NCBI GenBank assembly: GCA_045600525.1
Contig: JAZRYC010000162.1
Location: forward strand, 1-62,802
DNA length: 62,802 nucleotides
Direction: 5' to 3'
Source of the DNA: Bacteroidales bacterium
GTDB taxonomy: Bacteria > Bacteroidota > Bacteroidia > Bacteroidales > WCHB1-69
Under the pieces are notes generated by a model. The model had not been told where the DNA came from. It was given only the letters and a program-made list of their open reading frames with translations, and did no database searches. The translations under genes were made by a program, and so were the position numbers. Positions 35,501 to 42,660 of the stretch are shown here, piece by piece (position 1 is the first letter of the stretch; each line of letters starts with the position of its first letter).

Positions 35501-36134
35501 AACGGGTAATATCGTATTCTGCTGGTATAAGGAGAGTACTTGGTACACCTGTGGTATTGACGATATCGAAGTTGTTTTGGCAGGCTCTGGCCCAGGACCG
35601 GTAGATCCTGATTGTCCGGCACCTACTGCCTTGACGGTCAGCAATGTGACAAGCACGTCTGTTGCTTTGGACTGGACACAGGCCGATGATGTGAATGGCT
35701 GGATTATTTACTATAAGAAGGCTTCAGCATCATCATGGACTACTATCTCGATGAATGCTCATCCTACAACCATCACCGATTTGGAAGTGGGAACCACCTA
35801 CCAGGCATATGTGAAGGCTCTCTGTGATGAAGGCGAAAGCGAAGCTTCCAACACGGTGACTTTCACCACGGAACCTGACGGTGTGAACGACTACGTTTTG
35901 GAAAACAGCATCAGTCTGTATCCGAATCCTGCTAATAAACAACTTACTATTAGCTGTGCTGATGGTGTGATGAACGAAGTGGTGATTTACGATGTTTACG
36001 GAAAGACTCTCCGCACGATGTCGGTCAATGACAACACGGCAGTGCTGAATGTGAGCGACTTCGCCGCTGGCATGTACTTTGTACGCATTGTCACCAACGA
36101 CGGTATGGCCACGAAGACCTTTGTGAAGAAATAA
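29574..36134 (+). CDS. giant secreted multidomain T9SS cargo protein 3 (2186 aa; two 'A' modules, FN3, jelly-roll and CUB-like modules, T9SS CTD)
   Basis: Uninterrupted 6.6-kb ORF with signal peptide MKKFLLFTMMILLSLPWLTKA. The C-terminal cassette is homologous to proteins 1 and 2. Confidence 0.85.
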   Translation: MKKFLLFTMMILLSLPWLTKAQNCVSPVNLQATLHSPSWYNVTLNWAMESDESTDVLQWCTNDMYSAVGMSEGPVVFSAAVRFPVTSLSSYMDHSLVSVSFYPYTGGSNAAADYTINIYQGGSFVNGTFNPGNVVYTQAIQSSTLTYDAYNTVMLETPVAIDPTQELWITILASSASTQACYPFGCSNNGPSAGLGALLVEEDEWDDLTTMSGLEEYNWIIAGNVISTENLTSGNILSGYNVYRDNEQLNSTLLTGTSYVDTIEAGDYNYEVTAVYVNGCESAPVSVSVTMEANPCLSCLDSVVFGNNSTSTSGYIPTNPYYGYSYTQQIYDAATFGEINGGIQCVGINYIYPSAITRNLKIYMGNTSKNSFGSSTDWVPLSDMFLVYEGPVTFDPSSAVNGYVNIPLNTPFEWDGSSNVVFMVLDETGTYISSGEYFGTHSASSKSIYVYRDGTPYDNVLASATGSVYSYRNNIRFYVGEEIVCPMPNNFAVSHVTDQSAELSWTDRGFANDFELVLVPETSTFDDESQSPIIVSGTDYELTDLMPNTEYTVYLRSNCSSDNSHWVSRNFHTECGIVTELPYVEDFDAYANNVMPDCWHRLSDYDYPYTSSSYHASGVKSLYFYAYSPTYSMANTPMMDLSTYTPGSLVLSFKVMKTSDDYGRIEVGYMTDANDVSTFSLLKSIYSTDYPSTNIWIDQTVVLPDAAYAEPINIAFRVSSGESYVTNIVYLDDVTVDLVPECSNPSVLTVSHIEGSSAIVSWTAAPYGVTDYILEYSEAGQENWNIVNVSNATTYFLSELLENTPYEVRVSSDCAGEETTPITTTFITNCLSGGDYEVGNGTGSKYQIPVNNYYNYSYTQQIFEANEMNGPSDIRSVAFFYNYSTASTSKNNVNIYLGHTSKSAFSASSDYETADSLHLVYSGALNCQNGWNTFAFDSVFHYNGTDNLILAVDDNSGNYNGSSYTFRTHTTSSTKTIYYYSDSSNPTPSNPSVASASVVSDRNDVKFGGECDPMVACVKPNALITEYDYESITLTWVPAASESSWEIEYQLDGDDTWESEGVVTSYPYTISGLQSNSPYHIRIRSICDASDASDWKNLDCSTECAVLETLPIVEDFENVTGDFMDCWKRLTNYSSASPYITEGYNHTPNGEKALRFYCPGSSYYAYAVTPRFDENIFMNNLLIQFYAYKQNDGYMMEVGVMTNPDDPSTFITLGTFSPENQNRWELEEVTTVNYMGNGHYVAFRIPAWYSNDMYVDDIRIDVIPNCQHVADLHVNPATISTETVDIEWTPVGTEDAWDYVVSDTMVNPDDESFNTVSSSFVTIDGLAANTEYYVYVRANCGGEVSEWMYTNFKTSCYALTSADLPYIENFDSYTGSTSTLPLEGNLPDCWNNYFGGTASGYEVYPFIYDASSAAASGNNALRYYLYSGSTYGDEVAILPEIDTLELPMSSLMLSFDARQVNAGTSYMSELVVGVVTGLDMSSFQPVQTISIPAASYTTFDVYFANFTGSGNRIAIKMTPPTGNYYYNQCYVDNVSIRIASSCLRPTDIHQVSTTSNSIELGWTSMGEEESWNIEYGPTGFVLGEGTAVTATTNPYMISNLEDSVYDFYVSADCGSEQSMWTGPFSARPGTYFMPVSGTATISLCGGHLYDDGGPNNPYSNSSNAVLTIMPSAPGAVVSLSGSVYTESSFDELYIYDGASVTGAQLAYLTGNVNNVSVTSISGPLTLKFTSDGSLNYDGFDFAVSCVTCLAPADLQVSSVTTSQINFSWSGANVSGWEIEYGPAGFTQGSGTSVTTSSPSYSFTGLTPSTNYDFYFRTNCGGGDYSEWMLMTVATACDAMPVPYTEDFDSYAGTTYDQEGPVPTCWSSFTTSSTYEAPHVTSSSTGCYPHSGTNALTFVSNNGSSAYAVLPMFDQPLNTLKLRFWYEFESASSGTLTVGYVTSSANLSTFVPVATINGVSSLTKDSVDFSTAGNVPATGNIVFCWYKESTWYTCGIDDIEVVLAGSGPGPVDPDCPAPTALTVSNVTSTSVALDWTQADDVNGWIIYYKKASASSWTTISMNAHPTTITDLEVGTTYQAYVKALCDEGESEASNTVTFTTEPDGVNDYVLENSISLYPNPANKQLTISCADGVMNEVVIYDVYGKTLRTMSVNDNTAVLNVSDFAAGMYFVRIVTNDGMATKTFVKK
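30459..31028 (+). other. unclassified module 'A' (protein 3, copy 1)
   Basis: C..C..VVFGNNSTSTSGYIPTNPYYGYSYTQQIYDAATFG...IYMGNTS...IVC. Confidence 0.45.
32061..32624 (+). other. unclassified module 'A' (protein 3, copy 2)
   Basis: CLSGGDYEVGNGTGSKYQIPVNNYYNYSYTQQIFEANEM...IYLGHTS...GWNTFAFDSVFHYNGTDNLILAVD...VAC. Confidence 0.5.
34455..34817 (+). other. CUB-like domain (protein 3)
   Basis: SLCGGHLYDDGGPNNPYSNSSN...FDELYIYDGASVTG...GPLTLKFTSDGSLNYDGFDFAVSCVTC. Confidence 0.55.
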
Positions 36135-36140
36135 TCTTCT
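35601..36140 (+). repeat. conserved 3' cassette, copy 3 (more diverged; homology ends 6 nt after the stop)
   Basis: VDPDCPAPT...TFVKK. One extra codon relative to copies 1 and 2. The shared taatcttct is followed by a different terminator. Confidence 0.8.
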
Positions 36141-36155
36141 TTGCAATATATCTGT

Positions 36156-36184
36156 AAGGGTGGGGTAATCCCACCCTTTTTTTG
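36156..36184 (+). terminator. terminator of giant gene 3
   Basis: aagggtggg gtaat cccaccctt followed by a T-run. Confidence 0.75.
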
Positions 36185-36192
36185 TACCTTTG
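36185..36192 (+). promoter_or_regulatory. -7 box TACCTTTG upstream of aspC
   Basis: Exact TAnnTTTG followed by C, about 42 nt upstream of the ATG at 36235. Confidence 0.45.
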
Positions 36193-36234
36193 CAGCCCTT
36201 TCATGGAATATCAAAAATTATAAATCTTATAGAT

Positions 36235-37467
36235 ATGGCACAATTATCCAATAGAGTTTCAACCATGGCAGCTTCTGAAACGCTGGCCATGACCGCGCTT
36301 GCCCGCGAATTAAAAGAAAAAGGTAAAGACGTTATCAGTCTGAGCATTGGTGAGCCCGACTTCAATACGCCGGACGTCGTCAAGGAATATGCAAAGCAGG
36401 CTATTGATGACAATTTCACACATTATCCCCCCGTGCCGGGTTATGCAGATCTTTTGAAGGCTATCAGCAAAAAATTCAAAAGAGACAATGGCTTGGACTA
36501 TGCGACCAACCAGATTGTCGTTTCCACGGGCGGTAAACAAGCTATCTACCAAGTGGTGATGGCTTTGGTGAATCCGGGTGACGAGGTTATCATTCCCGCC
36601 CCCTACTGGGTTTCCTATCGTGCGATTGCCGAAATGGCAGAAGGCAAATGCGTGTATATTCCTGCTAAGTTGGAAAATGATTTCAAAATCACACCCGAGC
36701 AGTTGGAGGCCGCCATCACGCCGAAAACCAAACTGATGATGTTTAGCAGTCCATCCAATCCTACGGGTATGGTTTACACTAAGGAGGAACTGCGTGCGTT
36801 GGCCGAAGTGGTACGCAAGCATCCTCAGATGATGATTATGTCTGATGAAATCTACGAACATATCAATTTCGTGGGTGGACATGAGAGCATCGCCCAATTT
36901 GATTTTATCAAAGATCAGGTTGTCACGGTCAATGGTGTGGCCAAGGGCTTTGCCATGACGGGATGGCGAATTGGTTTCATTGGTGCGCCGGTAGAAGTGG
37001 CCAAAGCTTGCAGTAAGTTGCAGGGTCAGATCACTTCGGCTACGGGTTCCATATCTCAACGTGCCGCTCTCCAGGCTATGGAAATGGATCCGACCACCTC
37101 TGAAGACATTATCAATATGCGTAAGATCTTCAAGATGAGAAGAGATCTCGTGTTTGAATTATTGCAGCAGATTCCAGGCTTTGAAGTCCGTCTTCCGCAG
37201 GGGGCCTTCTATTTCTTCCCGAAGGTGAATTCCCTATTTGGGAAACAGGTTCCCGCCGATTCTGAATTTGCCAAAGAATATGGCAGAACGGAAATCAAGG
37301 ATTCCAAAGACTTAGCATTCTACCTGCTGTTGGATGTCGGTGTCTCCACCGTGCAGGGCAGTGCGTTTGGCGATAATGACTGCATCCGCCTGTCGTATGC
37401 AACCTCTGAGGACAAACTGAAAGAGGCGTGTCGCCGAATAAAACAGGCAGTTGAAAATTTGAAGTAA
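36235..37467 (+). CDS. aspC: aspartate aminotransferase (class I PLP-dependent)
   Basis: From the ATG at 36235: MAQLSNRVSTMAASETLAMTALARELKEKGKDVISLSIGEPDFNTPD..., plus SSPSNPTG and the NGVAKGFAMTGWRIG lysine region. Confidence 0.85.
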   Translation: MAQLSNRVSTMAASETLAMTALARELKEKGKDVISLSIGEPDFNTPDVVKEYAKQAIDDNFTHYPPVPGYADLLKAISKKFKRDNGLDYATNQIVVSTGGKQAIYQVVMALVNPGDEVIIPAPYWVSYRAIAEMAEGKCVYIPAKLENDFKITPEQLEAAITPKTKLMMFSSPSNPTGMVYTKEELRALAEVVRKHPQMMIMSDEIYEHINFVGGHESIAQFDFIKDQVVTVNGVAKGFAMTGWRIGFIGAPVEVAKACSKLQGQITSATGSISQRAALQAMEMDPTTSEDIINMRKIFKMRRDLVFELLQQIPGFEVRLPQGAFYFFPKVNSLFGKQVPADSEFAKEYGRTEIKDSKDLAFYLLLDVGVSTVQGSAFGDNDCIRLSYATSEDKLKEACRRIKQAVENLK

Positions 37468-37469
37468 AT

Positions 37470-37497
37470 AAAAAAGGCCGCGAAAGCGGCCTTTTTT
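37470..37497. terminator. bidirectional terminator between aspC and rpmA
   Basis: aaaaaaggccgc gaaa gcggcctttttt (GNRA loop). Confidence 0.75.
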
Positions 37498-37536
37498 AAA
37501 ATCAAACATTATGAACAAAATATCATTACGCCTGTA

Positions 37537-37797
37537 TTATTCCTGAACAGGAATCACAGACACAAATGATCTATCATTATAGGTTTTTTTGAAGCTAACC
37601 GTGCCATCGCAGAGTGCGTATAAGGTGTGGTCTTTACCCATACCTACGTTCTGACCAGGATTATGGACGGTACCTCTTTGACGAACGATGATGTTACCAG
37701 CCTTTGCAAACTGGCCACCAAAAATTTTTAAACCTAATCTTTTACTTGCTGATTCGCGGCCGTTCTGTGAACTACCGACACCTTTTTTATGTGCCAT
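37537..37797 (-). CDS. rpmA: 50S ribosomal protein L27
   Basis: [26 protein letters not shown]...[10 protein letters not shown]. Confidence 0.96.
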   Translation of the reverse strand: MAHKKGVGSSQNGRESASKRLGLKIFGGQFAKAGNIIVRQRGTVHNPGQNVGMGKDHTLYALCDGTVSFKKTYNDRSFVSVIPVQE

Positions 37798-37828
37798 ATC
37801 TTTTTGTTTTTAATAGTTAATACTTAAA

Positions 37829-38140
37829 TTATAAGGCGATTTCATCAATTTTGATGGCGGTCAAGCACTGACGATGACCATTCAACTTTTGATAACCTTT
37901 TCTTCTTTTCTTCTTGAAGACAAGAACCTTGTCACCTTTGAGGTGTTTGATAACGGTAGCGGTAACAGCTGCTCCTTCTACGGTAGGTGTTCCCACTTTG
38001 ACGGCACCGTCGTTGTCAACTAATAAAACGCGGTCGAATTTAACCTGCGCACCTTCTTCAGCTTTCAGGCGTTGAACATAGACTCTGCGGTCTTTTTCAA
38101 TCTTGAATTGTTGCCCAGCTATTTCTACAATTGCATACAT
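37829..38140 (-). CDS. rplU: 50S ribosomal protein L21
   Basis: [17 protein letters not shown]...; upstream of rpmA. Confidence 0.95.
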   Translation of the reverse strand: MYAIVEIAGQQFKIEKDRRVYVQRLKAEEGAQVKFDRVLLVDNDGAVKVGTPTVEGAAVTATVIKHLKGDKVLVFKKKRRKGYQKLNGHRQCLTAIKIDEIAL

Positions 38141-38177
38141 TTTTTGATGATTTTAGTTTTTAATTTTTAAAGGGCGG

Positions 38178-38185
38178 CAAAAATA
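38178..38185 (-). promoter_or_regulatory. -7 box TATTTTTG for rplU-rpmA
   Basis: Reverse complement of caaaaata, about 37 nt upstream of the ATG at 38140. Confidence 0.45.
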
Positions 38186-38274
38186 GAAAAAAAATCAATT
38201 CCTGCATTTTCTTTTGCAATTTTTTTTACGACTTGTCGTTATCTATCCGTCACGATGTTAAAAATATTCTAGTT

Positions 38275-39387
38275 ATGAAAGCGAAAAAATTTTTTAATGT
38301 GTTGGTTATCATTGGATTATTGTTTGTTTTCACTCCTTCGGAGCTGTTTGCGCAGTCTTCCGGAAAATCCCTCGGTTACGTGGATCTTACGACCGCGGCT
38401 GACAAATCAGTGAATGCCGTTGTCTATATTAAGACGGAATTTACGCAGAAAAATTCCGTTTGGGATGACTTTTTCGGCGGCAGTATCTGGGAAAATCTTT
38501 TTGGTTCTGCTCCCAGCATGTATCCTGTGCAGGCTGCCGGTTCCGGGGTTATTGTCTCTCCTGACGGCTATATTATCACTAACAACCATGTGGTGGAAGA
38601 TGCTGTCAAGGCCACCATCACGCTGAACGACAAAAGAGAGTTCAACGGAACCATTGTCGGTACGGACCCCAGTGCGGATTTGGCACTTATTAAGATTGAT
38701 GCGGAGAATCTGCCTTATTTGGATTTTGCCAATTCGGATTCCGTGCGCATTGGAGAATGGGTCTTGGCAGTTGGAAATCCCATGAACCTCACTTCCACTG
38801 TAACGGCGGGCATTATTAGCGCGAAAGCGCGACAGCTCAACTTCGGTATGGGGACGAAGGGCGCAACGGAGGAATCCTATCTGCAGACAGATGCCGCCGT
38901 GAATTCCGGCAATAGTGGCGGTGCCTTAGTGAATGCCTCTGGCAAGTTGGTCGGAATCAATACCGCCATTGCCTCTGGTAATGGCTATTATACGGGATAT
39001 TCCTTTGCCATTCCCTCCAACATCGTGAAGAAGATTTATTTTGACTTAAAAGAATATGGTATGGTGCAAAAGGCCTATATGGGCGTTTCCATTATGGAAC
39101 TGGATGCTGCCCGCGCCGCCGAATATGAATTGGACGATGTGAAGGGCATCATGGTGGCTGAAGTGGAGGAGGATGGAGCCGCCTCCAAAAATGGCTTTGA
39201 ACAAGGTGATGTCATCACCCATATTGATCGGCAGCCAGTAAACAGCCTGGCCGAGGTGCGCGGCGTCCTTAAAACAAAGTCGCCTGGTGACGTGGTGAAG
39301 GTGGATATTGTCAGAAACCACGAAAAAATCACCAAAAATGTAACTTTATTGAATAATGAAGGTACAACCGACGTGCAGAAAAAATAG
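38275..39387 (+). CDS. HtrA/DegP-family serine protease with one PDZ domain
   Basis: From the ATG at 38275 (signal peptide MKAKKFFNVLVIIGLLFVF...). Catalytic triad contexts TNNHVV, DLALIKI and GNSGGAL, plus a C-terminal PDZ. Confidence 0.88.
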   Translation: MKAKKFFNVLVIIGLLFVFTPSELFAQSSGKSLGYVDLTTAADKSVNAVVYIKTEFTQKNSVWDDFFGGSIWENLFGSAPSMYPVQAAGSGVIVSPDGYIITNNHVVEDAVKATITLNDKREFNGTIVGTDPSADLALIKIDAENLPYLDFANSDSVRIGEWVLAVGNPMNLTSTVTAGIISAKARQLNFGMGTKGATEESYLQTDAAVNSGNSGGALVNASGKLVGINTAIASGNGYYTGYSFAIPSNIVKKIYFDLKEYGMVQKAYMGVSIMELDAARAAEYELDDVKGIMVAEVEEDGAASKNGFEQGDVITHIDRQPVNSLAEVRGVLKTKSPGDVVKVDIVRNHEKITKNVTLLNNEGTTDVQKK

Positions 39388-39426
39388 TGCAAAAAATTTA
39401 TTCGAAAAAATTATACTACATAAATT

Positions 39427-40287
39427 ATGAGACAATTAAAAATTTCAAAATCCATCACCAACCGTGATTCCGCCTCGTTAGATCGCTATCTGGCCGATAT
39501 CGGAAAGGAAAGCATGATCAGTGCGGAAGAGGAAGTTGAGTTGGCACGTAAGATCAAGGCTGGTGACGAGGCTGCGTTGAACAAACTGACCACCACGAAC
39601 CTTCGTTTTGTCGTTTCTGTGGCCAAGCAATACCAAAACCAGGGTATCAGTCTGCAAGACCTTATCAACGAAGGAAATGTGGGTTTGATTAAGGCGGCTA
39701 AGCGTTTTGATGAAACGCGCGGATTTAAATTCATCTCCTATGCCGTGTGGTGGATTAGACAGTCCATTCTCCAGGCTATCGCCGACCAATCCCGTATCGT
39801 GCGCCTCCCCTTGAACCAAGTCGGAGTGATCAATAAGATTAAGAAGGAGACGGCCCGCCTCGAACAGCAGCTCAAGCGCTTGCCCACGACGGAGGAGATT
39901 GCGGAGGCTATTGATATGCCGGTGTATAAGGTTTCTGAAATCATGAAGATGAACAACCACCCGCAGTCTATTGATTCGCCTATTTCTCCGAATGAGGAAA
40001 CTCGTTTTGTGGATATCTTCGTACACGACAACGATGAGGATACCGATACCATTTTGATGCAGGAATCCCTTTCTTCCGAAATCCATGATGTCTTGAAGAC
40101 TCTTCCCGACAAGGAACGCGAAGTGTTGAAATTGTTCTATGGTATAGATACTTCCCATGAACATACCTTGGACGAAATCGGTGACCGCATGGAACTCTCC
40201 CGCGAACGCGTGCGCCAAATCAAGGAACGTGCCCTCAAACGCCTTCGTCAAAACAGCAAAAATAAGAACTTAAAGAGTTATTTATAG
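39427..40287 (+). CDS. rpoD: RNA polymerase primary sigma factor (short Bacteroidetes-type RpoD)
   Basis: 286 aa with region 2 (LRFVVSVAKQYQNQGISLQDLINEGNVGLIKAAKRFD...FISYAVWWIRQSI) and region 4 (LDEIGDRMELSRERVRQIKERAL). Confidence 0.93.
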   Translation: MRQLKISKSITNRDSASLDRYLADIGKESMISAEEEVELARKIKAGDEAALNKLTTTNLRFVVSVAKQYQNQGISLQDLINEGNVGLIKAAKRFDETRGFKFISYAVWWIRQSILQAIADQSRIVRLPLNQVGVINKIKKETARLEQQLKRLPTTEEIAEAIDMPVYKVSEIMKMNNHPQSIDSPISPNEETRFVDIFVHDNDEDTDTILMQESLSSEIHDVLKTLPDKEREVLKLFYGIDTSHEHTLDEIGDRMELSRERVRQIKERALKRLRQNSKNKNLKSYL

Positions 40288-40305
40288 GATAAATTTTACT
40301 TTTTC

Positions 40306-40908
40306 ATGAAGCTTCCGGTATATAAGTCCCTTCTGCTCTTGGGATGGTTGTGTGTGCTGTCGCTCTGTATGGGCTGCCTTCATAGGAAGGAGGCTGCCAC
40401 ACCGAAGCCGGTTGCCTATTTTAGAATAGATCTTCCAGAACATCAGTATCAAATCCTGGATACCTTTCTTCCATGTACTTTCGAACGTTCTGAATGTACG
40501 GAAGTGAAACTTTCCAAACAACCTAATGGTGCTATTTGGATGGATGTGGTATATCCTGATTTGGATGCCGTGATGAAGTGTACCTATTTCCCCATTCGCT
40601 GCGCTGATAGTCTACGGAACTTGATTGTGAATGAGGAAAAAATGGTTAAGTTCCACTATCAGAAGGCTGATGATGTTCAGTTTTCCTTGATTAAGGATCC
40701 CGAAGCGCATGTATGGGGGCAACTCTACGATATTGAGGGTAGGGATGTGGCTACGCCGTTTATGTTCTGGATGACCGATAGTGCACACCATTTTCTGCGT
40801 GGAACCCTCTATTTTAATTTCACGCCTAATAATGACTCTCTGGAACCTGTGATACAGTATCTCCGCGATGATGCTATGCATATTGTCAGTACTTTCCAAT
40901 GGAAGTGA
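40306..40908 (+). CDS. lipoprotein, tentatively GldD-like
   Basis: Lipobox LSLCMGC followed by PKPVAYFRIDLPEHQYQ, which I recall as resembling the GldD N-terminus. Based on memory only. Confidence 0.45.
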   Translation: MKLPVYKSLLLLGWLCVLSLCMGCLHRKEAATPKPVAYFRIDLPEHQYQILDTFLPCTFERSECTEVKLSKQPNGAIWMDVVYPDLDAVMKCTYFPIRCADSLRNLIVNEEKMVKFHYQKADDVQFSLIKDPEAHVWGQLYDIEGRDVATPFMFWMTDSAHHFLRGTLYFNFTPNNDSLEPVIQYLRDDAMHIVSTFQWK

Positions 40909-40924
40909 TTTTACATTAGATACT

Positions 40925-42208
40925 ATGAGAAAGATCCTTATCGCTCTGTGTGTCATAATATGGCTGGCACCTGCCTCCATGGCGCAGGATACGTTGCGCA
41001 TGATGCAGTACAATCTGATGTACTACACCAACAACTCAGGTGTTTCGGATTGTACGCCCTCGACCAACAATCTGGATAGTAAGGACGCCAATATTAAGAC
41101 GATTTTTCACTACGTGCGGCCCGATGTGTTCTGCGTGAATGAAATCGGCAGCAACGTGTCTTATGCCGACCGCCTTTTGAATAACGATATCAATGTGGAT
41201 GGTATTGACTATTATCGCCATGGCCCGATGACTAACTATTCGGGTGGATATATTGCCAATATGATTTTCTACGACTCCCGAAAGTTGTCACTTTATGATC
41301 ATTATTATATCACTACTTCCTATCGGGATATTAACGGGTATAAGATGTATTATAACTCTACCGACCTGGCGCTTGGGGATACGGTCTTTATCACCTTTTG
41401 GGTGATGCATTTGAAGGCGGGTAGTTATGAATCCAATGCGTCGGCGCGAAGAGTCCAGGCACAGCGTCTGATGCAGAAACTTGCCAGTATGGCGCCGGAC
41501 AATCATGTGGTGTCGGGCGACTTCAACCTCTATTCGGCTGAGGAACCCGCCTATCAGGAATTGATCCATTATTCCAATAGTCTGTATTGCCTGTATGATC
41601 CTGTCAATCAAGAAGGGGAGTGGAATAGCAACTACAGCTTTTCGGATTTTCATACCCAGTCCACCCATGGCTTTGAAGGCGGAAGTAGCTGCTTTTCTAC
41701 CGGAGGTATGGATGACCGATTTGACTTCATCCTCGTTTCTCCCTACGTGTATTATGGCAGCAAGAAGGTCCAAGTACTCCCCAATACGTATCATGCCCTA
41801 GGGCAGGACGGCATTCGCTGCTGCAACAACTCTCTGATTTCACCAACCAATACCGCTGTGCCTTCCAATGTGGCCAATGCGCTCTATAATCAGTCTGACC
41901 ACCTTCCTGTGATAACTGATTTCCTTATCGATGCCCATGTGGGCGTGGAGGAGTATCAGAGAAATTTCTATCTCAGTGCGGTTAATCCTGTGCGGGACCA
42001 GCTGACCCTGCATTTTCAGCCTGACCAACCTGATCAGTATCGCTTTGAAATATATTCCGTGGATGGCCGTCTGCTCCAAACTCATGTGGAATCCGTGGAT
42101 GCTGAAGTCTGTACGCTGCATTATCCGTTTGATTTCCCCCACGGAGTGTATTTCCTGAAAGTTTCCAATAGTCACCAACAGCGCCAAATTGTTAAATTGG
42201 TTAAATAA
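40925..42208 (+). CDS. endonuclease/exonuclease/phosphatase (EEP) family protein with a T9SS C-terminal sorting domain
   Basis: From the ATG at 40925 (signal peptide MRKILIALCVIIWLAPASMA). EEP-like blocks (VFCVNEI, GDFNLYS, SDHLPV). The C-terminal ...NPVRDQLTLHF...GVYFLKVSNSHQQRQIVKLVK is CTD-like (about 41966..42205). Confidence 0.75.
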   Translation: MRKILIALCVIIWLAPASMAQDTLRMMQYNLMYYTNNSGVSDCTPSTNNLDSKDANIKTIFHYVRPDVFCVNEIGSNVSYADRLLNNDINVDGIDYYRHGPMTNYSGGYIANMIFYDSRKLSLYDHYYITTSYRDINGYKMYYNSTDLALGDTVFITFWVMHLKAGSYESNASARRVQAQRLMQKLASMAPDNHVVSGDFNLYSAEEPAYQELIHYSNSLYCLYDPVNQEGEWNSNYSFSDFHTQSTHGFEGGSSCFSTGGMDDRFDFILVSPYVYYGSKKVQVLPNTYHALGQDGIRCCNNSLISPTNTAVPSNVANALYNQSDHLPVITDFLIDAHVGVEEYQRNFYLSAVNPVRDQLTLHFQPDQPDQYRFEIYSVDGRLLQTHVESVDAEVCTLHYPFDFPHGVYFLKVSNSHQQRQIVKLVK

Positions 42209-42233
42209 TAAGGGCTTTATTTGGAAAAAAGAC

Positions 42234-42241
42234 TATCTTTG
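42234..42241 (+). promoter_or_regulatory. -7 box TATCTTTG upstream of the DksA-like gene
   Basis: Exact TAnnTTTG followed by C, about 30 nt upstream of the ATG at 42272. Confidence 0.45.
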
Positions 42242-42271
42242 CGCCTCTTTTAACCTTAAAAGTTATCAATT

Positions 42272-42658
42272 ATGGCAGAAACAGTAGTTAATCGATATTC
42301 TGATGAGGACTTGGCTGAATTCAAGGAACTCATTGAGAAAAAAATCGCAGAGGCCAAGAAGGCCATGGAAGTCTATCAGGAGGCATATACGGGAAGTGGT
42401 AATGACACCGCCGACACCGCACCTACCTTTAAAAATTTGGAAGAAGGCAACCAAGTGCTTTCAAAAGAGGAAAACAGTCGTTTGGCCGGACGCCTCGACA
42501 AGTACATTGCCAATTTGGAGGCAGCCCTTGTGCGCATTGAGAACAAAACCTACGGGGTGGACCGTATGACAGGCAAGCTGATCCCGAAGGAACGTCTCAG
42601 AATCGTTCCCCATGCCACCTTGGACGTTACCTCTAAGATGAACGAAAAAAAGAAATAG
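42272..42658 (+). CDS. TraR/DksA-family protein lacking zinc-finger cysteines
   Basis: Coiled-coil N-terminus plus C-terminal ALVRIENKTYGVDRMTGKLIPKERLRIVPHAT. The protein has no Cys at all. It sits immediately upstream of lspA. Confidence 0.7.
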   Translation: MAETVVNRYSDEDLAEFKELIEKKIAEAKKAMEVYQEAYTGSGNDTADTAPTFKNLEEGNQVLSKEENSRLAGRLDKYIANLEAALVRIENKTYGVDRMTGKLIPKERLRIVPHATLDVTSKMNEKKK

Positions 42659-42660
42659 CT

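Noticed and set aside
39478-40251. 257-aa minus-strand ORF
   Set aside because: It is antisense to rpoD.
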